The position numbers were made by a program, and so were the translations under genes. The notes beneath the pieces were generated by a model, which searched no databases, had not been told where the DNA came from, and saw only the letters and a program-made list of their open reading frames with translations. DNA of 63,752 bases, the filler included, from Pelomyxa schiedti (Eukaryota; Protista; Evosea), in NCBI GenBank assembly GCA_020536535.1. It is 7 parts of 7 records of this genome, joined end to end, with 100 filler letters (N's around TTAATTAATTAA, not from the genome) between each part and the next. Parts side by side here need not be neighbours in the genome. Positions count along the whole stretch, not along the records: positions 1 to 12,930 come from JAHLWZ010000715.1; positions 13,031 to 38,719 come from JAHLWZ010001046.1; 5 more parts are not named here. One strand, given 5' to 3'. Shown piece by piece: positions 11,213 to 24,400 of the stretch. Every line of letters begins with the position of its first letter. Position 1 is the stretch's first letter.

Positions 11213-12649
11213 ATGGGAGGTGCATCGCCGTCCTCGCTGCTGGGCAGCACACAAACTCCACTAGAGTTACCCCCAGCACGCGATCCAACCTCGATGCCCG
11301 TGGTCCCGCTCCTGCTTCAGACCAAAGCCCCGGGCGCCATTGGAGGCACCGCTCCACCAACCGCAGCCCCAGAGCCCCAACGGCGCTGCGCCTCGCTCCG
11401 GTACCACAACCGGGGGAGGGTGTTTGCCCTGGCGTGCGGGGGCCACGCGAGGTGCGGGGCGGGGTGCCCAGAGGGCGTGAGGGGCGTCGCGGCGGCCCCG
11501 GGGCTGGTGGTGCTGCTGTGGGGGCTCATGGACGCGCTCTCGCCGTGGTCGTGCGACTACGCCGGGTTCACGAGGGCCGCTGTGATGAACCTGATAGGGG
11601 GGCTCCGCGGGGACGGAATAATGGGAGTCGTGAGGGTGCAACCCGCTAGCAGTGGTGATGATTCTCCCGGTTGTTGTGGCTGTGTCCGGGATGAATGGAG
11701 GCTGGTGGAACTGAAAGAGCGGTGGAGTGAGGGGAATCGAACAAAGATAGAACACCCCAAGTGGAACCTGATGATGTACTGCAGCCAGGACCGTTCCGAA
11801 TTGTGGGTGGTTTGGGCGTTAGTCTTTTTGTGTTCCCTAGTAACTTTTGAATTCCTACTCACCCACTCCACAGGAGCCTTGCTGCTCTGAGTGCGAAGGG
11901 TAACCATACTGTGAAACTTGGCGCGTTCGTCCCGGCTGCATGGCTGGCGTTCTTGGAAGAGAACTTTTACGACCACATTGTGATGACCTATTGGGCCTGT
12001 GTTACCTACGCCGATCACAAGATACCGTTCTCTTTCCCTTCTGCTCTCCTTGCTTTTACTCACCGCTGTTCCCAGAGAAGGGGATGAAGTTTCTGTCTGT
12101 ATTTGCTGTGGAAACCGGGCAACTGTGCTTCGCTTCGACTTCGGTGAGAAATCTCGCTCCAAGACTTCTCCCGTTGACAAGATGGTATGGGCACTTCCCC
12201 AGGAAGACAAGGAATTGATATCATTCGGAGCATTCCTCGCGGCTGGAAGGGTTCTGCCACTCTGGTGCCCCAATGTCGGAAATGTTTTATTCCTGGACAC
12301 TGTCACCAAAGAGAAGATTGGTGAGAATCACATTTACGGGTTCATTGACCCTCTGTTGGTCGAACCAATCAGTGACAACCTGTTTATCCTAGCAGAACGC
12401 GATTTCTTCAGCCTCTGGAACCTTGAGAGCCTGGACAAGCCCCTGTGGACCATCCAAGGCTCAGCCACATCCCTCACCTACGTTGATGGCCATGTTGTTG
12501 TGATGGAGGGGGAGTTCTCTCGCGCCACATTGAGCATCTACACACCAAAGGGCACCAAGGTCACAACACTCACAAACCCTCCTGGGAAATGCCTCATTGG
12601 CCGTTTTATCACTTGTGATTTAAGAAAAAGAGAATGGCAACGACTCTAG
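11213..12649 (+). CDS. ARDQ-related hypothetical protein (second copy), about 2 introns
   Basis: ATG at 11213. Nearly identical to 9340..9866. Pyrimidine-rich introns ending ccacag (~11871) and ttcccag (~12075) join the ORF segments. Confidence 0.6.
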
Positions 12650-12813
12650 GTTAAAAACAGGGGTCCGGTTTCTTCACACAATTGTGGAAGTGGGTGGCAG
12701 CAGCGAGCCATCTTTGTTTTAAGAAGTTCTTCTTCCCCTGTTTTTCTGGAGTCAGTTGTTCCTCTCGCAGTTCTCCCGAGCCCCTGAATCAGGGGGAAGT
12801 TGTTGTGTGTATT

Positions 12814-12930
12814 TCAATCAGCTGGTGTGATCTTGACGGTTGTGTTGCAGTGGTAAATGTTGACAGCTGGATACAAGCCAGTGGGGATGTCGTGCACTGT
12901 TGCAGTTACGTTGTTGTGTCGCGGCCACCT
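12814..12930 (-). CDS. 3' fragment of a possible SPRY-domain protein
   Basis: Minus-strand reading ...TVHDIPTGLYPAVNIYHCNTTVKIT ends in a stop and resembles the SPRY 'LYPAV' C-terminal motif; truncated by the linker. Confidence 0.35.
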   Translation of the reverse strand, partial: RWPRHNNVTATVHDIPTGLYPAVNIYHCNTTVKITPAD

Positions 12931-13030
12931 NNNNNNNNNNNNNNNNNNNNNNNNNNNNNNNNNNNNNNNNNNNNTTAATTAATTAANNNNNNNNNNNNNN
13001 NNNNNNNNNNNNNNNNNNNNNNNNNNNNNN
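12931..13030. other. Artificial contig linker (N...TTAATTAATTAA...N)
   Basis: 100-nt spacer with six-frame stop cassette; identical cassettes recur five more times. Confidence 0.95.
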
Positions 13031-13353
13031 GAATGGTACCCTGTTGCCTGGTTCACAACAAGGGGTCTCCTTTTTACCCATCCCCAACAGTGGCAGTTCT
13101 AAAAACGGAGATTTTACTATTGTACCTGGGAGTGGGAATAACACAGAAGAGGCAGTCGAATCAAGTGGAACTTCACATACACTGCCGCCTTTACAAATAG
13201 TTCCCCAGGATTATACAAACAAGAAGAAATCCAGTTTTTCCCCGGAAACAGAAAATGGTCAATCCCCAAATTGAATTGTGATTCAAGAACACAAAACCTG
13301 TGAACCTATTGGAGTGTCGTTGTTTTCTAATCAAAAAAAAAAAAGGAACCACA

Positions 13354-15779
13354 ATGGAGCCTGGAAGCAGCAAATCCATAATACAAAAGAACACTCAACA
13401 CATAACCTCTGTATTTTCTCTGAAGTTATCTCCCCAGCTGAGGGAGGCCATATCATCAATACCTGCTGGTTCCCCGGCAAATATGTTCATTAGGCTCTCT
13501 TCTCAAAATCAGGTTCTTCTTCCTGTCTAAGATTACAATGTAATCTTCATGTAGGGAATTTTTGTGATAAATGGTAAAGTTTATGACTTCGGGATCAACA
13601 GTTACCCTGTTTCCACTCTCCGTGAATGCTATGATCTTGTTCCCTCCCATCCTCCAATGTACCAGCAGATTGGTGGCCCCATTCTCAAAAAGATGGAGTT
13701 TGATGTGCAACTAAGCCACGAAGATGGGGAGAAGGTTCGATCCCAGAGAGCAAAACAAGAAGATAAATCACGACAACACAAGTTCGTCAAATGCATTGTC
13801 TTTTCTCTAACTCCTTTAGGTCTCAGTTGTTACAAGATAAGCAGGACTGGCGATCCAAGCGTGTTCACGGTACCACAAGTTCAACCGTATCACCAACATT
13901 CAAGCGTTCTCGAACACTCCCTCTTGGTGGTTCTGTGGAGTCATGCCCAATGCAGTCGAAAACAAATTCTCCACCAATGCGCCTTAACTTCGGTGGAAAT
14001 GATTCTGAAGAAGTAAACCATCACGTTTTCCCTCTGATTTCCTCTAACGTTTGGCTAGATTGGACCAACTGTGAAAATGAGGTGTGTTATGCTTTCTTAC
14101 AGTATTCAAATCCAATGACATCTTCCAGACGTTTTCCTCCCGGCATTGCTCCGGAAGTAATAGAGTCCCATCCAAAATCACCTTCAACTTCAGCACCTAA
14201 TACCCCCCCTCTTTCACAGAAGCAAGTACCAGACAACCCAACACTATACAAGCAATCCCAGCCAACCTCCCCAAATGCCTCACATTTTATTAATCAACGC
14301 TACTCACTCGCTCCCCATGAGCAACAAGAGCAATGTAAAAGTCCTGTCACACCAACTAGCCCATCCCAGCACAACTTCCTTGAACATTTAACACCTCCTC
14401 AGCACCAAAAATCACCTGTGGGTATCACTACTGAACATATTTCTCCTCGTCTTCAATCGAATATGCAACTACAAGAACCACTACGAACACAGTCATTCAA
14501 CCAAGGACCTCCATCTTCCCCGCCCACTCCTTCCATGGAATACCCCACCAAACCCCAAAATTTTGACATGGCACCATCAATAGATTTGTCACCTTCACAA
14601 TCTGAAGTGTCACCTCATCCAGTACCTTCGATTGCACTTACACAACCAGCAAACATATCCCCCACTACAAAAATCGAAATGCAAGATGCACACCAGAAAA
14701 CACCGCCCCAGGTAACTGTAAGCAGTAGTGGCTCCGAGAAACCTAGTACAAGTACATCACTACCATCAGTTTTGCAGGAACTCCCAAGACAATCCCACAC
14801 TGAAGCTCTGTTGCACACCCCTGTTTCACCGCCGCCGCCACCTCCACCACCCCCATTGAAGCATGTTCCTTCAAAAGTGACTCTGAAACCAATACCTCAA
14901 AAAATCACACAAAAATCAAGCCATTCACCAAAGCAGACACCTGTTGTAGTTGTACAGCCCTCAGCACCAGTTTTGAACAAAATCACTCCCAAAAGCAATA
15001 AAAATCCATTGGAGGTGCAGCAGATATGCAATACCGATACACTTGACAATCTACATGAAACACAAAAGGCTCCACATTCATCAGAGCTACCTTCACCAAA
15101 CCAAAGCGTTTTATGCAGCACGTCTTCCTCCACAGCCACACCAGCAAACACTAACAGCGATTCCCAACCAAACTGTTCTTCAAAGAACAATTTCCACGCT
15201 TCACAGACAACACAACAACGTAAATCGTTCGAACCTACTTTTGGTGTGTACCAATATCTCTCCTTACATTCTAATTGTCTTTAGATGTGCAAATGTCGAT
15301 TTTGAGCGAATCGGAATTCAAAATTCGCTATTCCTGGTTCAATGAAGCTTACAATCGGTTCTCTAAAGTTAAGTTGTTCCACACTCACAATCTACACAGG
15401 TACCACTGCCTCTGGAAGGCTATTTCCAAGAACAAGCTTTACTTCCAACGGCAATATGATAAATGGAAAAGAAGTGAAGAGCCTCAAAAGACTGATTTGG
15501 GGACAACAATCCGGCAAGACTACCAGAAAATACAAGCTGTATGCCACGTTTCACTTTTACTCCTCACACTCAATCACCAACAACCAAAACTAAACTCTAA
15601 CACCACACTAGAAAATACAAAACTGGGTGTCAGAATGTAACCAGCTGCACAATCAGCTAGCATCAGTTAAGAGAACAATGAAAGATTATGAGGAAAAGAA
15701 TGGCAACACACACATTAGCACCAACTCACCACCATCACCCACCCCCACAAGAGAACAACAACCAGAAAATGGTGTGTAG
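13354..15779 (+). CDS. ELL: RNA polymerase II elongation factor ELL-like protein
   Basis: N-terminal ELL-like region (VFSLKLSPQLREAI...ECY...QQIGGPILKKM), long Pro/Ser/Gln-rich middle, and C-terminal Occludin/ELL domain (ILSESEF..RYSWFNEAYNR|YHCL...LHNQLASVKRTMKDYE). Multi-exon. Confidence 0.65.
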
Positions 15780-15780
15780 C

Positions 15781-15880
15781 NNNNNNNNNNNNNNNNNNNN
15801 NNNNNNNNNNNNNNNNNNNNNNNNNNNNNNNNNNNNNNNNNNNNNNNNNNNNNNNNNNNNNNNNNNNNNNNNNNNNNNNN
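15781..15880. other. 100-N scaffold gap flanked by a ~120-bp duplicated overlap
   Basis: 15660-15780 is repeated at 15881-16001. Confidence 0.9.
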
Positions 15881-16208
15881 GCATCAGTTAAGAGAACAAT
15901 GAAAGATTATGAGGAAAAGAATGGCAACACACACATTAGCACCAACTCACCACCATCACCCACCCCCACAAGAGAACAACAACCAGAAAATGGTGTGTAG
16001 CCCTAAGCACCTAACTAATTCTACCTTTTTTTTCTTTTCTTCTTGTGGCACAACCAGAAAAGGGAAAAAAACATCTTTGAATTGGCACGCCGACAAGAAA
16101 AAGAAAAAACCCGAGAATCAAATGATCAAATGTTCTGTGAAGTGGCTCAGATCTTGCATCTACATTAATTGCTTCTTCTTGGCCTCGTTGAGCCTTGTGT
16201 GGGGTGGC

Positions 16209-17340
16209 ATGGGCAACTCCGAGTGCGTTTGTTTGCCGGAAACATTCGAGGGATATACGTACAATGAGTGGATTGCTCACACGTTCTCGTATGCTTTTTT
16301 TTTTTTTCCTCTCGGTTTTTTCCCCCGTTGTTGGACAATGCGAATGACGGCACGTGTAGATTTTGTTCATATACGCCGCGACAAGTGGCGTCGTTTTACT
16401 TAGGCCTTGCGAATATCCTTTGTTGGATTTTTGCATATGTGAGATTGGCTTTTTGTTTTTATACTCCTGACTTCTCGCCCAGTTTCCCCAAATATGGCTT
16501 AATTACCGTGGAAAAAAGGCAGAGGCAATGTCATATGCCTTCATTGTATCATGGCTTGTTGGTGATGCTGCGGGATTGATAGGCTGCATACTGGCGAGGC
16601 AGTTACCGTGGCAACTCTACACTGCAATTTACTATTGTATTGTGGACTCCATCTTGCTCATCCAGTACTATCTGTATCTGCCCAATGCCACAAAGAAATC
16701 TGAAGAGGCCTCCCCACTTCTCAACAAGACCTCTGCCCGAGTACGCACTACCTGCTTGGCCATTGTTTTGATGTTGTTCTTGGGCTCTAGCTTTCTAGCT
16801 GCCGGAAATGCACATGGTACTGTTGTACAACCTGCAGCCCCAGGAAGAACAACTCTGGAAATCCAGGAACTGGTAGTAGCTCCTGTTATATGCAACATAC
16901 CAATCCACATTGGGCGTGTGGCAACTGCCATTGGCTACATCTGTGCGTGGAGTTGTGGCCTGCTGTACTTCTTCGGTAGGATACCGCAAGTGACTCACAA
17001 CTATGTGTGCACCCACCGTTAGTCTTCCCCATAGTATTAATAATTTAAAAGGCGAAAAAATCTGTGGAAGGCCTTTCCTGGATGCTATTCTTGTGCTGCT
17101 TCCTCGGGAACACCTTTTACTGTGGTAGTATTCTGCTCAACCCTATTCCATGGCGCACCCGTGCTTTTTGGCTGGGGGTAATACATCCTGAATTCTGATT
17201 TTTTTCTTACACTATTATAGACCTTCCCCTACATACTTGGCAGTGGCTTCAATTTACTATGGCCGGGTATTGTGTTAGGGCAGTTTATCTACTACAACGT
17301 TCTCCAATATCACTTAAAACCTATCAACAGGACCCCTTGA
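16209..17340 (+). CDS. PQ-loop repeat lysosomal/vacuolar amino-acid transporter (PQLC2/Ypq-like)
   Basis: Two PQ motifs (FPQIWLNYRGKKAEAMS; RIPQVTHNY..KSVEGLS), WLVGD, multiple transmembrane segments, short introns. Confidence 0.85.
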
Positions 17341-17444
17341 AAAAAGGGCCCAGCAGGATAATTTGTTTGAAAGAGGCATTTTGTGAAAATTTTTTTTTTT
17401 CAAAACTGTCTAGTTTACATTATGTACATTGTCTACAACCAAAG

Positions 17445-18192
17445 TCATTGGTTCCTCACTCTTACCGTGAAGGTGCCTGGTATAGGTAAGGATTCAGGGA
17501 TTCAGTTAGAGGATTTAAGGGTAGCACATGCAGGAAGAGCACTGGCATCTGCAGCAATGTCACACTTCAGGCCTAGGGTCTCTAAAGCACCTTTCACTAC
17601 ACCACAGAAGAAGGATGTATACAACACTAGGGCCTCTGTCCTCCTTGTTGCCGGTTCCAGGGATGGCTTGGTTGGTGAAGTGGATGTTGTAGCTGTGACA
17701 AGATCAGCTGGAAAAGACATGTGACTGAGCCACGTAAACTGTGAATCGATTATGGCGTAGACTCCCTTGTTATTGGTTCGAAGATTGTCTGCTTGCTTCC
17801 TACACAGGGTGTGTTGGCGATGTAGAAACTAAAAGAGACTCTTTTTATGTTAGAAAGCAACCTGAATATAGCAATCCAAAACTCTTTACATATGAATCTG
17901 AACATCGACAAGGTGTCTTGGAACAGCGGCTTGTCTTTCACTAACCTGTATCATCTCATTGGTCTCGAAAAGAGGGGAACATAGAATAACCTTTCCACAA
18001 CGGCCGAGCCAACGGACTCACCAAGTTTGACGAGAACAGTGGGTCCCGCATCGAAGTTAGAGCCAACCAACCTTGTCAGCTTTTTGTTTTCTGAATACGA
18101 CCAGGAACGAGAGGGGGAAAAAACCTTTGCACGTAGGACACTATCTCCATGTGCAAGTACTCCACCAAACAAGAGTTCACCTCCCGTGTCAT
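17445..18192 (-). CDS. TRAPPC6: TRAPP complex subunit 6 (Trs33)
   Basis: MTREVNSCLVEYLHMEIV...LGESVGSAVVER, KDKPLFQDTLSMFRFICKEFWIAIF, DNLRTNN-like segment, FFCGVVKGALETLG, C|TFTVRV. Confidence 0.85.
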
Positions 18193-18479
18193 TTACCACC
18201 ACAAGATCCAACGATTTTTCTCCTTTTTGTCCCCGATGTGATCTCTGTGAGAAAATCTTGAACATTGTGCCCCAATCTGTGTGGCGCTTCAGTGCTTTGA
18301 CATCTTAAGATGCCAAGATCAAATGTCTCAACGCCACTGCAAAAGGGTCTCATATAAATCCTGATGAAACTTCATTCAGAAGTTCCTGAAAATGTCACAT
18401 CAGCCACGTGTTTTTCGTGGCTGGAGGTGATGGCCAGATCTCGTTTCGCTTTTTTTTTATTTTTTTCGACAAACGCAAA

Positions 18480-20593
18480 ATGACGAGACGACGGGACACA
18501 GGGCACGTGAGATTTGTATTGTTGTTGTTTATTGTAGCAGTGGCGCTTGTGGTGGTTGCTGAAGCGGGGATTTTCTCTCGTACGGAAGACAGATCTCAAC
18601 AGCAAGGACATAAATCACAACAACAGCAGCAGCAGCAACCAAACAACCGCCAACAGCAGCAACAACAACAACGACAGCGCCAGCAGCAACAGCAACAGCA
18701 GCGGCAAAGGCAACAACAGTTCAGACCGCCTCCAAAACAACAACCACAAGCGCCACCAGAACCGGACTACTATGAAGTTCTTGGGGTACCACGGGACGCT
18801 TCTGCTGAGGACATCAAGGCTGCTTTCCGAAAGTTAAGTCTCAAATGGCACCCAGACAAGAATCCAGATAAGAAAGAGGAGGCTCACGACAAGTTTGTTG
18901 AGATTAGTACCGGTAAGGCTTGCACTTCACCCCATTTATTGGCTGGGTATCTTAATCTCTTTAAGCTTACCAGGTGTTGTCTGACACTTCACAACGGCAA
19001 ATCTATGACAGATACGGCAAAGAAGGACTGAATCCACAAGGAGGGCCTGGTGGTTTTAATATGCAGGACCCATTTTCATTCTTTCAGTATGTCTGCTGGA
19101 CTAAGGAAGGAAAAGTAACATTCCCACTAGAATGTTTACTGGGGGAGGACCTGAAGGTGGCTTCTTTGGTCCAGATGGTAACGTTCACTTCACTATGAAT
19201 ATGGGACAGCAGCAGCAGCAGCACTTCCACCAAAGGCCAGGTGATGGAGACATGAGACCCAAGGCAATGTTTGCAGAGAGCAAAACAGTAACACTGCTCA
19301 ATGAAGCCAAGTTTTATGAGGAAACTATGCAACAGTCGGATGACATTTGGCTAGTTCTCTTTTTTTCCCCATCAAGTAGCAACTTTCTTTCAATGCACTT
19401 CCCAGTTCTTATTAATCTCAGAGAAAACCTGTAAGGACTTCGAACAAGTCTTTGATAAAGTTGGGGAAAACTTGGATCACTATGTCAAATTGGGTGCTGT
19501 AGACTGCGCAAAGCATCCGTCACTTTGCCCCTCAGAAAGTACTTACTCCCGTATACCCATTCGACATTCATAACTTCTTGTAGATGTACCATATTTGAGA
19601 ATGTTTACATCCCCTGGGACAACAAGTCAATTCGAGGATTATCCTCAATCAGCAGAGTTAACAGCCAAAGCACTTGTTAGCTGGGTTTCAGAGAAACTTC
19701 CCCACAGTGTAACAGGTTTCGTCAAGATTCTCGTTCTCTATTGGTGACCCTCCTAGTGGTGGAACCTAAGGAACTTCCCCTATTCGTTCTTGGAGCACAA
19801 GGGTTTGTGAAAGTCATCCTCTTTACTGAAAAAGACACACCTTCTCTCCTCTATAAAACCCTTTCCAGGTTTCTTGCTCTCTCTTGTATTGTTGGGTTAA
19901 CTCCTCTTCAGGAAGTACGCTACCAGGTTTAAGTTTGGACTTGTTCCTGGAGCCAACAAGGAACTTTTGGGACAATTTGGTTTGAGTACGTTACCACAGG
20001 TGGTTATTTTCAAAGGTGCTACGACATCAATGCAAAACTTCGAGGTTTGATGCTTCCTACTTTTTTTTTCTTATGCAAATTTAGGTGTACGCAAAAAAAC
20101 TGAGATATCTAGATCTTGTATCTTGGTTGGGCACTGTAAATGATGTAAATCGAGACTTTTTTCCTCTTTCTTTGCTTACAACTCTTAGCAACACCTCGAA
20201 GAACTGAAAAAACAAGCCAGTTCGCTCTCCGAGATCATGGAAATAACAGCATTTCCGCCCGGCTGTGCACTACCTGGCAAGTACAGTTGGGTTATCTACC
20301 ACACACCCCAAGAACTACCACAGGATCTGCGAGCAAAGTTCTTCAGCCTACAAAAACAATACGCACGCAACAACATCCGATTTGCCTTGGTCAAATCCAA
20401 CACACCCAAGATGGAGGACGGGACTGTGGTCCCTTGGGCAAATGAGTGTTGCAGTGGGGACCAGGCTTGTGGAGATGTTATTGTGATTCTGCAATCACAT
20501 AAGAACAGATTTGTATGTTCAAGAGGTGTCAGTAACATTGACACCCTTCTAGACAAAGTCTCAGGTGGTGATGTTAAGTGGATAAAATACTAA
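18480..20593 (+). CDS. Secretory-pathway DnaJ + thioredoxin-like domain protein (DNAJC16/ERdj5-like) with polyQ tract
   Basis: Hydrophobic signal or anchor, Q-rich tract, J-domain DYYEVLGV...WHPDKN, and Trx-like IWLVLFFSP...KLGAVDC. Multi-exon. Confidence 0.8.
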
Positions 20594-20686
20594 AAAAATT
20601 TTGTTTTCCTATTTCCTATTTCCTATTTCCTATGTATTGAGGTTTTTTTGGTAATGACCAAAGACAATTCGGCCAACACTTACAAT

Positions 20687-21389
20687 TCATGATGTGCGTT
20701 TCATAAGAAGGTAAACATGGGCATCCACCTGAAGTTCCTGTGTGTACATCAGAAATGGAGGTGCCTTACAAAAGGAACCAACCGTAAACTGCCAGGCATC
20801 GCCTTGTAGAAGCATCAGGAGACCTCCAAATGAGGCCAGTATTCCCCTGTTGACGAGGTTTGGTTTGTGTTGTTTCATAAACAGACGGCAACATAATATA
20901 TTTTATCTCTACAATGAAAATAGCATAACATACACGCGAGTTCCGTGAGGGTCCTCAACCCACTTGAATATTTTGCCGTACATTACATAGTCATAGCGGT
21001 CCGCCAGAGACGGTTTGTCTGCTGAAGGGTCATACGAAGTCTCCACAGTCCCGTCGAGTGCGAGTGTGTGAGCTATCACAATTGAATAAAGTGCCCCTCT
21101 GTTACATTGAAATGTTGGTTTTTTTTTTTTGGTGTTATAACACTTAAAAACGAGGAAAAAAAGCGCACATTTCAACAGGGTAAACGTCGACGTTGATGTC
21201 CATGTGCAGGGCAATTTTCTTTGCCTCGTCGTCTGTCTCGAAGATGCATCTCGATACTAGTACAAAAAAAAAAAAGGGCGGTCATGTTTTGAGACAACAT
21301 AAGAACGAACTAGGCATACCTCTGTCAAACTTCCTGCCCTCAGGGTCTTTCTGCTTGAGACGGAAATTGCACTCCCACAGCGTCGTCAT
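20687..21389 (-). CDS. RPB8: DNA-directed RNA polymerases I/II/III subunit RPABC3
   Basis: DPEGRKFDR|VSR, LHMDINVDVYP, SLADRYDYVMYGKIFK, SFGGLLMLLQGD, VYLLMK. Confidence 0.92.
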
Positions 21390-21473
21390 TCCGATTACAC
21401 AAAGAAAACAAAATTCTTTTTAATTATTTGATTGCAGATCGTTTATTGGTACAAAAATCGGATTAGATGCAGG

Positions 21474-24400
21474 TCATTCGATGGTGAGGGATTGGTTCTG
21501 CCCAGTGTAGTGGAACACGTGAGTACTGGTGTTGTTGGTGTTTGTGCTTGGGCCCGAGCCACCCTTGACCACGACAACAACCAACCCGTTGTTCCCATCA
21601 AACGGGTGGTCGTGGGTTGTTGGTGCCACGCAACCACCGGCACCGTCGCGGTAGTGCTCGTTGTTGGTCTCGGGTGGCGTCGTGGCTTGTTTGGGGCTGG
21701 TGGCGCGTTGGCCACACACGGTGCGTGAGCTGATCACACCCACAACACACCCGCCATCACCCACAGCCCCACCGGTTGTGGGTGCCACGGCGTATCCGCT
21801 CCCGCCCCCTCCCCCCGTGTCACCAGTGCCCTGGCTGTACGTGTGACCACCAGCACCCCCGTACAGTCCCCCACCGCCTCCCCCGCCACCACAGTCACTG
21901 TTGCCTGCGTTTGCACCGTCCCCACCGACGCAAATTCCGCCGCACTGTGGGGAGTTGTCACCCCAGCCACCTGGCGCCTGCTGTGTTGCCCTCTTGCGGT
22001 GGTCCCCGTCCGCACTCCCTGTCTCGCCGCCTCCCCCTCCCCCGTACCCGTGCGTGCAATGGTTCACTGCGGAGCCACCACCACCACCAGCCACGACGAG
22101 GGACACACCCCCCACCATCACCGCACTGTACCCACCGCCCCCTCCCCCACTGTAGCCATGACCTGGATAGTGACCCCCGCCACCACTCCCACCGCCACCA
22201 AATGACCTCCTTGTTGCTGGCGCTACTCCGGCTCGGTTGAAAACCACACCAGCACCACCCTGGCCCACCACGATGGTGAGTTGTGTGCCAGTCTTGATCA
22301 GCATCCTGGCTGTGCTGAACCCCCCTGGGCCTCCTGCCATGTTGTGTGCGTTGTCTGCGCCGCCAGCGGCACCCCATGCAAACACCTCAACCTCCCTGGG
22401 TCCTGGTGGGAGTGGAGGGACAGTGGCACGCTGTGTTGGCTCAGATGATCCAACGAGGCTCACTGCACAAACCGCAACACTCACCTCGCTTTTGGAGTCC
22501 ACTGTCACATCACACTTGGTTGTCTCCCTCCCCTTCACCTCTATCACCACGGGGGGCACCATCACACTGGCTCCTGTTTCTGCTGCTGGCGATGATGAAG
22601 AAGCCGAACTTGAGTGGGAGACTATCACATTGTAACCCACAACTTGTTCGGGTGTGGTCTCATTGGAGAGTGGAGATGGTTTGTCCCACTGGACTGTGAT
22701 TGTTGATGGTGTTGCATCAGTGGCTTGTTGTGATTGGGGTGATGATGACGACGACCTTGTGCATGTTGGAGCCCTGCCACCACTGGGTGTGTTTGGCACC
22801 CTCCCTTTGGTCACTGTTCCAAACCCCCTGATCATCCCAATCACCTCGTCGCGTGGTCCACTCTTCCACGTGACTCCCTTGGCTTGCTCGCATGGTTCGA
22901 GTCTCTGTGTGTCCTGTGTGATAGGGGAGAGAAGACCAACGAAAGTGTGAGCACAGAAATGGTGCAGCATGAGAATTACACACTAGGAGCAAGGGTTTGT
23001 CCAAGAGGAATGAAGAGAGTATCGAGTGCGCTTGAAGCACTGCCAGAGGTTGCTGCTGTTGATCAGGCTGATGCTGCTGGGCGACTTGGTTCACCTTGGA
23101 AACCAGAGTTTGGTGATTCTTCACGATAGCCTCCAATGAAGTGCACTGAATTCCCAGGTTGTGTGCTGTAAGGGGGATCCAATGTTAATGGGACGTGTAG
23201 TTGTGTGTCTATTTTCTCGTGTTTTTTGGTTGTTTGTTTTCAGGGAGGGAAAAATGAGAACTCATTGCATCAGAGAGTAACTGCGACATTTCAGTGATCT
23301 CCTTGCACCTTGTCTCAACGGCACTCTGAATCAACTGCAAATCAGCCAGAATTGACATGCAACCGTCAGTGATCACCTGTTTATTGGTTTGTGTTTGTTA
23401 AGTAGTGCGGAAAATATGTTGATGCAACCTTTGGCACCACAAATGTCTCTGTGTTGACTTTCGCAATGGCCTCAACTTCTTTTTGAGAGATGGCATTCAA
23501 TTCTTGGCTGAGAACTGGTTTTTTTTTTTGGTTTTGGAAATTTAATGGTACCAAAACAAGACGTGTGGAAGCGAGAGAGGGCAGTAATCCGATGGTACGA
23601 ACGAGGTGAGTTTAAAGGCAAAAGGGCACACGCCTTTCAGTTCAGAGACCTTCTGGGAAACACTGTCAACCAAAGGAACGCTGGTGTGACCGCAGTGTAT
23701 TTTCGTTTTCTCACACAAATAACAGATTGGCTCGCCACATGAGCACATCAAATCTCGTTCCTTGTTTGCATGATGTGGACACATTGGTGCTGGAGTAGAG
23801 CTCTTCCCTTGCGAGGAAATTTTTGTTGCCTGATGTCGATTGTCATTGGGGAGCCAATAGGTGTTTTAACTCACCTGGTGAGTTCGCAAGGTGCCCTTTT
23901 GGTGATGCTGCCTGAAACAAGGCTCACAGAAGAGCATTCCACGGCATGAGGAACATTTGCATGTGGCTGGAGATGGTGTATTTGTGGGTTCCTCACAGCA
24001 AAATTGCATCTCACACAGTGTTGTTTTCATCTTTTTGGTTGTTCGTGCCGTAAAAAAACAAAAAACAAGAATTTCCCAAAGGACACACCAAATCGGCTTT
24101 CTTGCTCTCAACGAGGGACATTGCCACTGTGTTTGGTTTCAAGTTGTCACCTGATATTGTGGTCCTAGTTGTCCTCGTGCACCGGAACGGGCACCTAATT
24201 TCGACTGTGTTGTGTGGGCCCCCATCATGGGTTAGGTACATCGACGCGGTAACAAAGCAACACGCACCGGGTGTGTCAGGTGAGCAGCAGCCCCATCGAC
24301 ACGGTGAAAACGAGGTGCCACATGGCGACGTGGATGCGGCTGCGGCGCCATACTGTGGTGCGTTTGTCTGCCCCGGCATAGTGCCACACACTGCAGCGCC

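Noticed and set aside
12931-13030. TTAATTAATTAA palindrome inside N runs (six occurrences)
   Set aside because: Artificial six-frame-stop linker joining contigs; gene adjacency across these linkers has no biological meaning.
15660-16001. Direct repeat of ~120 bp on either side of the gap
   Set aside because: Identical copies at both edges of an N gap indicate an unmerged contig overlap.
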